A DNA stretch of 64,000 nt from Salisapilia sapeloensis CBS 127946 (taxonomy: Eukaryota > Protista > Oomycota), in the NCBI GenBank assembly GCA_023334545.1, contig JAADVB010000046.1, positions 30,849 through 94,848 on the forward strand, written 5' to 3'. This document shows positions 22,101 to 33,462 of this stretch, in pieces. The first letter of the stretch is position 1. Each line of letters opens with the position of its first letter. The notes below the pieces were generated by a model. It had not been told where the DNA came from. It worked only from the letters and a program-made list of their open reading frames with translations, and did not search any database. Both the position numbers and the translations under genes were made by a program.

Positions 22101-22470
22101 TACTCATTTCATCCGCTTTTAGCCGAAATGCTTCTTCCATCATTTCTTGTCGAGTCCTCGCTTCATGCTGTAACTTGGCCATATCGGTCTCATGCTTCTC
22201 TTTATACTTTATCTCTTTCTTTTGCGCTGAAGAGGCTGCTTCCTTTTGCATTGCTAGTTCTTTCTGCAGACTTCGAAGTTCCCGTGTAGAATCCTCAACA
22301 ACTTCCTGTAGGTTTTCACTATACACACGCTTCACATGTTCAATTTCCAGTTCTGCATCTTCATTTCGAGTGTTGAGTTGGTAAATGACTTTCGTCAGTT
22401 GCGCGACCTTCTTGCACATCTTCAAATGAAGTTCATTGTCAACACCATTACTTGCCACCGGGTCTTTCAT
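19129..22470 (-). CDS. FAM184-family long coiled-coil protein
   Basis: N-terminal LHLKMCKKVAQLTKVIYQLNTRNED and C-terminal RESRPEDV...LKREVMNREEMYNKTF match FAM184 conserved blocks; 1113 aa, mostly heptad repeats. Confidence 0.82.
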   Translation of the reverse strand: MKDPVASNGVDNELHLKMCKKVAQLTKVIYQLNTRNEDAELEIEHVKRVYSENLQEVVEDSTRELRSLQKELAMQKEAASSAQKKEIKYKEKHETDMAKLQHEARTRQEMMEEAFRLKADEMSNQLGALETSYRNQLEQCIGKLASEHDASLEKAIDNLKSQHAEEMNSLRQQHATQNEEITSESSIRIDALKKQLADAKEGYEAAMLRDKESQAHELQAVKQEARDALNSTKQNLLTQVQELQEFVEQLKKEERKLLEERELSREEQSSLKKTIQQLEKQISASQQEKENVLKDGHNQVEKLKNALDEEASKAETAQQEIESKAKVINDLEESVKQLETQLESIKQKGIEHEQESSNRLVEYSQRLKDKEAELQNVLESMEVQEKESKLVASSHEERIQSLTSDLKRLDEKHQDTLKSLQKSQLELKQLKEASDLANAALQNSNAELEKEMVTLTNAHNVKLQEIENKYANEILSLNRKLEQELQSVNEKARRDANGLLENQKVTLVKAHEQELQNARSIFDVEAKKLKEDICQSEKKANEMEAQCQSLTTKASSLEYQVKILEKEKTTLLSSVKDLERQADGIKEKSKKAKDEGIKKIDELQGIISFKESEMKHMKAEQDKLKAEHAKTCKDIHEKHASALSRVRGEYSAAEVQKVEEVTAQLTDQFKKELANVQSRHDHKVTELEIQHRLENDQWGMVQEELIALAIEINTRSAKCALSKESQYKEALQSIRDQFEKQLKVQSDQYKEELSKLREQLVQESQESMDKMKTEATTQMAELSKRHSEEIDRLQKKYNEESASAISALQSQLELEHLNELSRKQTEHEFLLQTTRERYDREYACQSAKLMETEEELQDTRRKLENSSSEVAKIASILETTRQELTQRLHDLESERQQDIAILEQQYLQNMDNLKSQAKTEMDKLIEEHLVETANLNEQFEEARCLSDERIQALQDTIAQWEVKYAERESRPEDVKRILELQQFAAEKDAAMRRINGEMAYLKREVMNREEMYNKTFARSPNVGLLQVLQPKGPNGMVGNFERRGTPDDVVFRSRQQPILYANKKKSKPPSSARNLKTSNAELRRRSSEGAGGAIEQNDGLPPLSRRTNNQQYM

Positions 22471-22571
22471 CTTTTAAAGTACCTTGGATCGGCAAGTGAT
22501 GCCGGAGGTTTCAAAATGGAGATATTTATAAATGGAAAAAAAGGTTGGAATAACGCAATTCACTCGCAAAT

Positions 22572-23343
22572 ATGGCAACCAGTGTCTTCTTCTTGCTCCT
22601 AGCAACCGTATTAGCAAATGTAAAAGCGGAATCACTCGTTGGGTTTCCCGGTGTCGAGTTTAATGCTGCCATCAGTCAAATGGGTCACGCAAGTAGTTAC
22701 TATGACTACTCGCCAAACATCCTCCTCGACACTGCTTTCACACCTAACAACGCGATCGATGGGTTAGTTCACGAAAGTAGCTGGTGGTCGTCTGGAGACA
22801 ATGCCAGCGAGCAAGTGTATTGGCAGCTAAATATGACATCAATGGTACCATCAGTCTCGCGACTCGTTATTCGATGGCATGGATACCTCTCTCCAAGTCA
22901 ATACCTTATTCGCATATCGTACGCCGGAGAGAACTTTAGAACTGTTGCAGCCATCACAAGTATGCCAATCGAGTACGATCGCGTGGATGAAATCGTAGAG
23001 GAGTTCACGTCGATTGATCCCCGTTTTTTCTACCTTCGCATTGACATCAAATTGCCAAACGTATGCGAGAGTCCATGGAGGTGCAGTGAAGATGTGACGA
23101 CGTACAGCCAAGCGGAAAAATTTCCATATGACGACATTCAAGAAAACAAGATTTACGGTATCCGAGAAGTAGAGCTTTGGACAAATGGCTACAAGAACGG
23201 TAATCTCACATTTGTTCATTTGTATGAAGCTGAGGATTTATTGGTAAATGCTATGAATAGCTGCAAGCACTGTCACTACATCCTACATACTCTACGTCCT
23301 TGCAGTTGCAGTGGCTTGGTCTCACGTTGGGAAGATGACCTGA
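22572..23343 (+). CDS. Predicted GPI-anchored cell-surface protein with an F5/8 type C (discoidin/galactose-binding-like) domain; intron 23200-23260
   Basis: Signal peptide; ASS...NAIDG...WWSS...WQL...RLVIRW...YLRI...IREVELW pattern. Splicing yields a hydrophobic tail (AASTVTTSYILYVLAVAVAWSHVGKMT*). Confidence 0.72.
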
Positions 23344-23473
23344 GACTAGTGATGTGCAAGTCGTTCATGCTACTTTTGACCCAATGAGACTACCAGCATG
23401 AATTATACTATGAAAGTAAAGAATGAGTACGAGTCGGTTTCATCGAGTCGACACGAAAGGTGGTGTATTTGTA

Positions 23474-24925
23474 TTAATCGCGTCCGAGTCTCCGTCCACC
23501 CCTGTTTTTACCTGTACGTCGTTTCTTGGGCGGCGGTCTTCGCACCATCATCTCGCATTCCCATGTTTCATGGTCATTCGAACCGCATTCCTGGCACTCG
23601 TCCCTGCGTCTTTTTTTGTAGCTCTGAGGACAATCAGCCACGAGATGGTCAGTCGATCCACATTGGAAACATTCTCGACGAGGACGCCTGGACATTGCTG
23701 ACGTGTGCATTTCACGCAGGGAGAATGTATCCGGGACATTGTACATTCGGCAGTCCTATTCCCATCAAATGAATGAGTACGTAGATAGAGTAAGTAGATA
23801 AAGAGAAGCATACTCGTAGTGGATGGCTAGCAGCACAAAATGGACAATAGACTTTCCTGTCTTCTGGAGCCGGGACTGGCGTGCATTGCATATGACCTTT
23901 TTTAAGACACACCATACATGTCACGTTCTTTAATTCTTCATCCTTGCTAGTGCAATCGTCCGAGTCGTGACTAGCACGACCGCAGATTTCGCAATTCGTG
24001 GTTTTCATAGGCTTGTTTGGGCATTCCTATCAGTCGCTTTTAGTATTCTATCCAGGCATAGTATTGATGTATAGATGTACACTCGATTCGTGTCCAACTT
24101 GTAGACAAGAGAGGCACGGGAGACGAGGACAGTCGTACGCCAGGTGGCCTCGGTATGCGCAATAGTGGCACGGCTTCTCTTTCTATAGGAATTGCATTAG
24201 TCTTGTAGCATTTATGCATGATAGGAATAAAACCGCACCTTGGGATTGGGACACATGTGGCTGATATGTCCGACTTCGCCACAATTGTAGCATTTCGATG
24301 TGATGTCTGTTCCAAAGTAGCGGTTTTCTGGACGCTTCCGTTTAGGTTGTGAGTCCTTCTTCTTCTCGTCACGAGGCTTATCTTGATCGTCTTGCTTGTC
24401 ACTTTGCTTCTTCAAAGAAGCAGTGGAAAAGAGTGCTGCACCCACTTTAAACGGATTCTCCTCTGCTTTATCTTCTTTATCTTCGTCTTCCGTCTCAAAA
24501 GATCCTGTATTACCCCGGAAGCGAGTACTAAAGTCGCTTAGAATGTGGTCATTCAAAGGTTCCATCGGAGGGTCCTCCATGACAACAGGCTTGCGTTCTC
24601 GATTTGGGTTTAAGAATCGACTCAGCGTCCAATTCGAAATCTTTCGCTTCGGTTTAGTCGATGCATCCTGGTTTTCCTTGTTGTTGGATTTATCGTCACG
24701 TAGACGTTGCCCAAGGTCTTCATCTTCCTCTTCTTCCGTCAATAGCTCCGTCGGAGGTGTAGTATCATTTTTCGCAGTTCGTCGAGTCGGTTGGACAGTC
24801 AATCGCTGTCGCTGATGAGCTCTTGGGTCCGACGGGTCCATGATGTGAAAACCTTCGTCATCCTCTTCCTCGCTCATCGACATATCACTCGTGAGGTTCA
24901 CGACCTCGGCATTGTTCATTTTCAT
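23474..24925 (-). CDS. Multi-CCHC zinc-knuckle protein, AIR1/2 / ZCCHC7-like (TRAMP-type); introns 24183-24238, 24027-24080, 23756-23813
   Basis: Long charged N-terminus, RYF motif, then about 8 knuckles after splicing: CYNCGEVGHISHMC, CHYCAYRGHLAYDC, CLSCLQVGHESSEC, CEICGRASHDSDDC, CMVCLKKGHMQC, CPFCAASHPLRDC, CFQCGSTDHLVADC, CQECGSNDHETWEC. Confidence 0.8.
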
Positions 24926-25013
24926 GTCGTTTGTTTGGTTGGCAAATGGTGTATATTTAGTTTAGAAACTCAGAATAAAAGGGAGGAAAGTAGCCGACAC
25001 CAAAGACAGACAA

Positions 25014-25292
25014 ATGGCGTCGATCGATGAACCGCTCGATCTAGTCAAGCTCAGTATCGCTGAGAGGGTTTATGTCAAATGCCGGGGCAATAGAGAACTG
25101 CGAGGTATCTTGGAAGCTTACGACCAGCACTTAAACTTGGTGTTGAGCGAAGTCGAGGAGACGATCACCGTCCAGGAGGTGGATGAAGAGACCTCGGAGG
25201 AGATCATCAAGCAGTCGAAGCGTGGAATAGAGATGCTGTTTGTACGAGGAGATGGTGTCATTCTCGTCGCACCGCCACTCCGGACTGCCTAG
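25014..25292 (+). CDS. LSM3: U6 snRNA-associated Sm-like protein LSm3
   Basis: EPLDLVKLS...[27 protein letters not shown]...[17 protein letters not shown]. Confidence 0.97.
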   Translation: MASIDEPLDLVKLSIAERVYVKCRGNRELRGILEAYDQHLNLVLSEVEETITVQEVDEETSEEIIKQSKRGIEMLFVRGDGVILVAPPLRTA

Positions 25293-25376
25293 TTAGTCAC
25301 ATACGCAAGCGTAGATATAATACATTGCTGGTGCATTCAAGTTCATTTTTGCTTGAATTACTTTCGACCGTATGAA

Positions 25377-26239
25377 TTAAATGTTAAGGTCTCGTAAAAG
25401 CCGATCGAAATCGTCCAAAGCTGCTACTTCACTCTCCTCTGTTTTTCGTGATCGACAGCTCTTTATACGCTGACTTTTGGCTGCTTGCGAGGTATCATGA
25501 AGATGCAATCGACTACTTTGACGAGCTATTCGCTGTGCTCGCCAATCAGAGATACTAGCAGCCACTGCGGATTGGCATGACCTGTGTTTTGCATGTTGCG
25601 TCCGATTCGACTTGGTAGGTCGCTTCTGCTTGCCAATCATGCTCGTACTGATGGGATCATTCCAGGCGACAGTATCTCCGAGTGACTCATCTGCTTTTCT
25701 ATTGATTGGCATATCGAATTGCGTGCATTTCGTACGTTGTTTATCTTTTGCTAGTTCTTCGTCTCTTTTTCGACTGTGAGGCTTTGCTGCATGAACACGA
25801 CCAGAGGGCGGTTTTCGTTGGATATGATCTGGTCGATGTATTGATCTGTGTTTCCCATTTCGTTTGGAGTGGAAGCACTTAGACGCCGAGTGCTTTTGAC
25901 GGATATCTGAAGGTTCTTTCGAAGCATGCATTCGGTTTATTGGCGGTACGAAATCCACGGTAACCTGGTTCATGTACTTTATAGACGGCTTGGGCGTAGG
26001 TACGTCGCAGTTATCGTCTACAACTTCCAGTTGAGATTGTCAACCACATAGGCTAAGCGTGAATTCTGCATATCCTACCTCTCCTCATATTCAGAATCGG
26101 GCGGAATCTCCATCCCATCGCTTGTTCAAACTCATCTATCTCTGCACACAACCTTAGGACGCAATGGACAAGATGCCGACTCAACGTCCGAGATACCTTT
26201 CATACATTTGCTTCCATCGTTAAGTGCCTTGAGACTCAT
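25377..26239 (-). CDS. Orphan basic protein; predicted introns 26142-26196 and 26018-26078
   Basis: 198-aa K/R/S-rich ORF extends 5' through two phase-consistent GT-AG introns (55 and 61 nt) to MSLKALNDGSKCMKEIDEFEQAMGWRFRP. No recognisable domain. Confidence 0.5.
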
Positions 26240-26319
26240 CACGAAACGCAGCTAAAGGACGGTGGCTATTGTGTATTTCCAAAAATAGCAAAAACAGTTC
26301 CTATCTTGTTTCCCTATCA

Positions 26320-29050
26320 TCAATGACTACGCTGCACAGCCACGTTGGAATACAACCGTGAGTACTTGGTCTCTGGCAGTGACGGCGGCACAGACGTCAG
26401 TGCTGTCTCGCTACCATCGTCCTTACACAGCAACGACACGACTTCCTTCCATTCTCTAAATGCAATGTTCGTGGACACTTCGAGTCCCAAGCGATCCCGA
26501 CCTCGTGGCGTGTAGTACTGCATCCAAAACCACAGCAGTCTCCTGAAGTTGTCTCGCACATACCCAGACCGTCCAGCTTTTTCCTCGTGCTCCTTGACCT
26601 CGTCCAGCAACTTTACCAAGTGTCCCTTTCGATATGCCAAGACCAATATCACAAGAGCAGTGTTCAGACAGCAGAGGTTTTCATGCCCGACCTCTTCCAA
26701 CGTGACGATGCTCATTAGATCACGTACGAGGCGACTTGTGTTGTGCGTGATGAATTCGTTCATCCGGTCTAAATCGGTATCCTCCACCTCTTCTTCTGCA
26801 GAGAAGAGGAGCATGGATCGAAGGAATACATTCGAGTCCACGAGGTTATTCACAACGACATGCATGAATCGAACGAATTGATCGTCATCTAATGTCCGAT
26901 GGAAGAGTAGCGTCGTATCAACATTCCCCTTCGTCATGTCTCCAAGCAGGTCAAACACTGATTGGAATCTACCCTTTGTACGGTAGCTTTCGTCTTCCAG
27001 CACTTCGTTCACGAGTGCTTGCAGAAGCGGAGTTCTAGCCACAAAGAGTTGCTCCTCTGGCTTTGCATGACGCAAGTATGCTTCGAGGCAAGAGGACAGC
27101 CAGAAGCGGTACGTGGAGCTCCACTTTTGTTTTGTCACTTCCTCAATCAGTTTACACAGCAAGCCTTTATCAGTATAATCAAAGTCAATCGGCACCGCGG
27201 CAGGTGCATCTAGTAGATCTCTCTCCCGATCACTCAAGAGCATTCTACGGTTACTATGATCCTCTGCTTCACGGTCGCAAAAATTGTGTACGAGTCGCAG
27301 GAACTGGATCTTAAAAGAGCTTTCGAGTGTGCACTCGCAGCCAGGGCCGTGGAGAGGAGTCCGAGGACGCTCCGACTGATTTTCGTCCCATTCCAGCTTG
27401 TCGAACATGATCGTCAGGATCGGGATCAACCCCATCTCGGCCAACCGGTCTTGGTACTCCACCTTCCGCTTGCTGTTTAGTAGTGTGCACAAGACGAATA
27501 ATATCTCGACACGGAAAGGTTGTAGTACGATCGCCTTTGTCAAGACCGTAGCTTCTGCGTTGATCCTACTCGCTCCCTCATCTGTCGCATGTTCCGTTGC
27601 GAGCATCATGTCCCGCAAGAGAGTGCTGGCGAAGGGAAAGTTGTTCTGACCGTGTCCATCGTTCCCTCTGTCTTCATTTCGACGATAGGAGCGATAGAGT
27701 CGAGTGAGGTCGCCGGTAGGAGCGACGGCAGGGTGTTGTAGCAAGTGGTCGATTGTTTCCCAATCGCTTCGATCCGCGCTCTGGTGATGGAGCATGGCGA
27801 ATTCAGCAGATGCAAGCACGTCTTCTGATGCTTGATTGTAGACCGGATCGACTGCAAAATAATAGTTTTGGACCTGGATAATACGAAGCATGCGTTGCAA
27901 AATGGATGGCGTCTGGAGTAGGAGTGCATGGTTACGATCAACAGCAGTGTCTTGCCTTTTCATGCGTTGAGAACGAAGTTGCAAGAGTTCAAGAGAAGAA
28001 ATATTGTGCGTGGACTCTAGGAACCGACGGTCCTCTGGTTCGAAAATGACAAGAGCTAAGATACGACAGAAGAAGGCTAATTGACGAGAGGAACAGGACT
28101 GGAGGATCTCGTGAATACGTGGGATGCGGGTGAGGTCGAAGCAGTCGTTCCTCATGGCTAGGATCTCTTCTACTAATGCTGCTGCATTTTCGAAATGAGC
28201 AGCATTCTCTAGCAGTTGGAAGAGGTAGATGATAAGTCCGTCTTTGGAGCATAATTCAGCACCGAGCTCAGGAGACGAAAAGCATAGTTCTCGTAGCAAC
28301 GCCTGTTGACTTCAAATTAATACCAATACTTATTGTCTTTATACGATACCAACTTACCATGACGGAATTGAGGCAGGATTGGAACTTGATCGAGTTGGAG
28401 CGTGCTGACGACGGCGGTTGGATGGTCCAGTCGGGTTCGTCCCACATGCTACGAATGTCATTACGTTGTCTATAGAGTGAGATCCTTTCATCCGCCACAA
28501 GATTGGCATTCGGTGTCCTCCGTCGCATGACGTCCAGTACTCTTAAAAGGCATTCGGCCCCTCCCAGCTTGAGAAAATGATCCCGATCGGACGGAGACAC
28601 CTCTGGTTCAAGACCAAAATCTTCTGTCTCTTCCGGAAGCATATGATAGTGATAGTCTGACAATCGGTTCAATAGCTCTTGCAAGACAATGTGTAGTCGC
28701 TGAGGATGTGCTCCCGAAGCATCCATAATGTCATAAATTTCACGAATGATACTCAGAAACGACTTCGGAGGGCGTCGATCACGTGAGTTCTTGCGAAACG
28801 TCCGCTCATGCTGAGCCACGAAAGCTTGAGGGAGGTCTGAAATGGTTGAAATGGGTACCTGGGTTCCTTGTGGCTCACGAGCGTGGGAAGTTGGTATAGC
28901 AGGCAGAGTGAGCTTCCCAGTTAGCTGCATACGACGAACGGCATCACTCATTCTCCGCATGGGAGCCAACTTTGACTTCTCGCCAACTTCATCGGAGCTA
29001 AAGGCAGAGTCAATGACGGTGCGGTCTGTCGCTGACGAGGAAGACATCAT
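26320..29050 (-). CDS. TRPC4AP: TRPC4-associated protein (TRUSS)-like; intron 28305-28357
   Basis: LKIQFLRLVHNFCD-like block (FKIQFLRLVHNFCD), KGLLCKLI, YRFWLSSCLEAYLR, FDLLGDMTKGN, NLVDSNVFLRS, ENLCCLNTALVIL, NFRRLLWFWMQYY. Splicing joins ORFs 28268..29050 and 26320..28299. Confidence 0.85.
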
Positions 29051-29963
29051 TCCGATAAGGAGGACGAGAAGACCGAGTTTGATTGTTTGGTTTTTCAGTC
29101 CATTTCACTGTACTTTTGTATTGAATCATTTTAAACGAATCAAGAGGGTTGGTTTGGGAAGTAGCCAATCGATATGATGGTACTATTGTGGTACCAGACT
29201 GGTAACATAGCGGCTGTCCAGGGTTTCGATGTCGCGTCAATGCACAGCTTACCAGCGTTAGCCTCGTTCGGAGATAATAGCTCAGGTGAATATTGAAATT
29301 TTAACCCTAGTGGACTTCGATGAGCATACCGACAACATCCTCCACTTGTCGAATACGCTTTAAAAGTAGGATGAAGGGGTGATTGGACTAGCAAAAAGCT
29401 GGTGGAGATGAGGTAGGTTTCCAAGCCAGCAAGCACGGTTTCGTACGATTGATGCATCCAGCTCTATCTATTGGTATCGGTCATCAAAGCCACCCCTTAA
29501 AATCCTTAGTACAAACCAAATTTCTTACGTTATCAGGCAGCGATATGAGTGGATCACTTGCGAAGAGAGCGATAAAGAGTACATGGACGAGGCTGTCTAC
29601 GACTCTCCAATCCCTTGTGCTGCTCTTCTGGTTATGCAACTTATCTTCATTCTACCCTTGTTTAATTTAAATACGACGGGACGCGAAGACTCTGCTTATC
29701 CAGTAATCGATTTGTGCGTTTCTCGAAGTGACCACACAAGTCGCAAATCACAGCACGAGCTTCCTGCCCTAGTCATGCCATCCACAATCCACACCGACAT
29801 AGCACTGGCAGTTTGAGCAGCATCTGATACAGGGTGCTTCATCGAGTACCTACACCAATCAAGATCTGAAGCAGGACAGACGGGTATGCGCATCACTGGC
29901 GCATATGACACATCGATGTTTTGCCAATCTGTCGCGGCCTTTACTTCGCCGGTAGCTTAGGCC

Positions 29964-29977
29964 TCATTCTGAATTTT
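29964..29977 (+). promoter_or_regulatory. Oomycete Inr/FPR core promoter of the purine permease gene
   Basis: GCC-TCATTCTGAATTTT is a close match to the consensus, about 78 nt upstream of the ATG at 30042; a CCAAT lies at about 30012. Confidence 0.65.
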
Positions 29978-30041
29978 CCTCAGACCTTACATCTTCACTT
30001 GGGGGGCGGTCCCAATCAACAAACACCACACCTTACAAGCT

Positions 30042-31595
30042 ATGGAACATCATGACCTGGAAACGTCGTTGGAGCGCGGCAAGAGTGCAGAGTATATGAG
30101 CGCCAAGTCACCTGGAATGATGCGCGAGTCGGAGTATCTAGCAGGCGACTCGCTCTACGCTCGGATGCAGCGACTAGCAGCAAAGCTTAAGATTGAGCAG
30201 CGTGGCGTCGAACGCGTGCCGGAGGACGAACGAACGGACACTTCGCTGCTCAATGTTGGCTCCATGTGGCTCAGTGCGAATTTGTGCATCAGCTCATTCG
30301 CGATCGGCGTGCTGGGCAAGTCGTTATTCGGCCTTGGTGTCATCGATGCCATGCTCGTTGTCATCATCGCCAATATGGTCGGCATTATCCCCGTGTGTTA
30401 CTTCTCTTGCTTTGGCGCTGCCTTTGGACTTCGCCAAATGATCATTTCACGATTCTGGTTCGGCATGTACGGCGCCAAGTTCATCGCTATCTTTAACGTC
30501 TGCGCATGTATCGGCTGGTCCGCAGTCAACTCGATCGTGGGTGCTCAGATGCTAAATGCCGTTAGCGATGATATACCTGGATGGGGCGGCATTCTGATCA
30601 TCGCAGTAAGCACGTTTATCGTGACACTCTTTGGATATCGAGTGATCCATATATACAACTTTTGGGCGTGGATTCCCTGCTTTATCGTCTTCATGATCAT
30701 CATGGTGCAGTTCATCGCCTCGGATGCGTTCATCAACATTCCCATGGGTACTGGTACTTCTGAAGTCGGCGGTGTGCTTAGCTTTGCGGCCGTCGTCTAC
30801 GGATTCGCTACTGGTTGGAGTTCCTACTCGGCAGACTACACGGTCTACCAGCCTGCAAACCAAAGCAAGGCCAAGATTTTCTTCGCCACGTACATCGGCC
30901 TCATCCTACCGCTATTCTTCACACAGCTGCTTGGTGTCGCGGTGATGACAGCCACCGGTGTCAATGACGATCCAGAGACCAATTCTTACTTGAAAGGATA
31001 CAATCAGAGTGGAACTGGAGGACTCATTGCTGCGGTTTTGGTTCCGCCCATGGGTGGCTTTGGACGCTTTTGTCTTATCATCATGGCGCTGTCCATCGTC
31101 GCGAACAACTGTCCAAACATTTACTCGGTCGGACTGACGCTCCAGGTGTTTGGCGACTGGACCCAGCGCGTGCCACGGTTCATTTGGACGTTCATTGGCA
31201 CGATCGTGTACATTGCGATCGCGATTCCAGGCTATTCGTACTTTGAAGAGGTTCTGGATAACTTTATGAACTTCATTGCGTACTGGCTTGCTATCTATGC
31301 TGCTATCGCTTTCACGGAACACCTCTACTTCCGAAATGGCTTTGGTGGATACAATCCGGATGACCATGCGGACGCTTCCAAGTTACCAAAAGGTTATGCA
31401 GCAATGTTTGCATTCTGCTGTGGCGTGGTCGCTGTAGCGATGGGCATGTCGCAAACGTGGTTCGTTGGTCCGCTCGCTCGCCTTTGTGGCGAAGCACCGA
31501 CTGGAGGAGATATCGCGATCGAACTGGCTTGGGGTGTTAGTGTGCTGACATACCTGGTCGCTCGGACACTTGAGATACGCTATTTGAACGATTAG
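30042..31595 (+). CDS. Purine-cytosine permease, NCS1 family, fungal FCY2/CodB type
   Basis: IEQRGVERVPEDER, MWLSAN, FGLRQMIISRFWFG, CIGWSAVN, ADYTVY, ANNCPNIYS; about 12 TM segments; intronless. Confidence 0.9.
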   Translation: MEHHDLETSLERGKSAEYMSAKSPGMMRESEYLAGDSLYARMQRLAAKLKIEQRGVERVPEDERTDTSLLNVGSMWLSANLCISSFAIGVLGKSLFGLGVIDAMLVVIIANMVGIIPVCYFSCFGAAFGLRQMIISRFWFGMYGAKFIAIFNVCACIGWSAVNSIVGAQMLNAVSDDIPGWGGILIIAVSTFIVTLFGYRVIHIYNFWAWIPCFIVFMIIMVQFIASDAFINIPMGTGTSEVGGVLSFAAVVYGFATGWSSYSADYTVYQPANQSKAKIFFATYIGLILPLFFTQLLGVAVMTATGVNDDPETNSYLKGYNQSGTGGLIAAVLVPPMGGFGRFCLIIMALSIVANNCPNIYSVGLTLQVFGDWTQRVPRFIWTFIGTIVYIAIAIPGYSYFEEVLDNFMNFIAYWLAIYAAIAFTEHLYFRNGFGGYNPDDHADASKLPKGYAAMFAFCCGVVAVAMGMSQTWFVGPLARLCGEAPTGGDIAIELAWGVSVLTYLVARTLEIRYLND

Positions 31596-32161
31596 CGCTC
31601 TCTCGAAGAAGTCTCTAGCTACCAGGATGCAGCACAGACATATACGTATGTCTATTAATCTTTGTAGCTGTGACGTAAAACAATAAAAGAGCTCCTATTG
31701 CTCCAAACCATCCTCTCCTTGTACTTGTTTATCTTGTGGTAGATCAACGTCACGTATATGTTCTAATGTAAGATCTTTGGCAAGATGATAGGATCTCGCT
31801 GTCAACGGTAGTACTCGTCGGTGAGACTGCTAGCTGTAAGGATTTGAATCGATGAGTATATCTGAAGGGGCTTTGAATTATGCGGTAACTTTGGACTACA
31901 GGATGCAGAATTGACTATTGCCATGGTTTAAAATGATGTCTAGGGCGCCTATGTAAGATGTAAGTTGAAGTTGCAATATGATGACGCCGCCTGAAAATGT
32001 ATGTAAAACACCATTCTGATTCAGCATTTGTAGGTCAATTTTCCTATTTTGTCATTTGCTCGATCATGATCCCGACTCGATTTCTCCGTCCTGCTGCCCT
32101 CACAACGGGTACGCATTACACAATATTCTACAAAACCCAACAATCCCTCACTATCGTTCTC

Positions 32162-33462
32162 ATGCACTGGCTTATTTGGCTTACAGGTCTGCTCGTCGCA
32201 GTAGGCTCTGCTACTAAAGGTCGCTGGTGGGACTGGGGAGTCGCTAGCTTTTCTCGTCTCGAGCAGCTAGAACGCAACATTTTGAATCGTGCCGTTCAGT
32301 CTCCCTACGAGCTGACAAAAGTTGCTGGACTCGGGACGGTGGTCGTGCCGTGCACAGATGAAGTAAAACGCAAGAATGGCTCGGCTGAAAATCTCGTCCT
32401 TATCCATGGCTTTGGTGGAGGCAATGCCATGTGGGCTACGGTAGCTATATTTAGTTCTATAGGTCATTTGGGACCTGCTTACGATGTATAATTATACTAT
32501 TAGAACTTTGACGACTTGGCCAAAGAATACAATGTGGTACGTACTAATCTACCTCTTGCTTATATCGACCTAGAATGATGTCATCTCATATACGGCACGA
32601 CTGTAGTACGCTGTCGAGTGGATTGGTGTCGGACGTTCCGATCGTCCAGATTTCCATCATAAAGGAGTACGTTTTTCATTAAAACGACCTTATATCAGAC
32701 CGAAACGAATATAACTCTACAACTGTATAGTACGATGAAGCGGACGCATTCGTGGTCAATGCATTTGAAGAATGGCGAAAAAATATGGGTCTCAATCAAT
32801 TCCATCTATGTGGACACTCGATGGGTGCCATGTTATCATCTTCGTATGCTTTGAAACACCCAGAGTACGTCAGCCATCTCGTTCTCGCATCTCCTGCTGG
32901 CGTTGGTCACCCGCCGCCGCCTATCGATCCGTCCAAGCCGGAGGACATAAAAAAGAGTCAATCGTGGCTACGGAAGTTTATCTTTTACAGCTGGGAAGCT
33001 GGTGTCACGCCGATGTCTCTTATCCGAGCTGCTGGACCGTACGGACCACAGTTTGTCTCGAACATTTTGCACAAACGCATTGAGTTTATGCCGAAGACGA
33101 GTGCCATTCGTGATGGGTCGATTGACCTGGATGAACTGGCCGAGTACATCTACCATAATTGGGCGTTGAAAGCATCTGGAGAGAAGGCAATGGCAACGCA
33201 CCTCGCACCTATGGCACACGCAATTCGTCCACTCATCGATGCTCTCTTACCTGACAAAGTGCAGATGCCAATGACCTTTTTGTATGGTGGAGAGAGTGAC
33301 TGGATGGACTACACGCAGGGAGAGAAGATTGTGAATGCGTTCAAAGCGAAAGGAAAAAAGGCGGCGCTTCACCGTGTGCCATTATCAGGACACCAACTCT
33401 TTATTGACAATCCGAAAGATTTCAATCGATTAATCATAGAAAGTATCGAGGAAGCAAAGTAG
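32162..33462 (+). CDS. ABHD4/ABHD5 (CGI-58)-like alpha/beta hydrolase / lysophospholipid acyltransferase; introns 32441-32503, 32537-32606, 32667-32730
   Basis: VLIHGFGGG, spliced VYAVEWIGVGRSDRP, CGHSMGA nucleophile elbow, LVLASPAG, YGGESDWMD, GHQLFIDNP (HX4D). Confidence 0.88.

Noticed and set aside
31634-31652. AGACATA-TACG-TATGTCT hairpin after the permease stop
   Set aside because: A 7-bp stem is expected by chance, and bacterial-style terminators are not relevant here.
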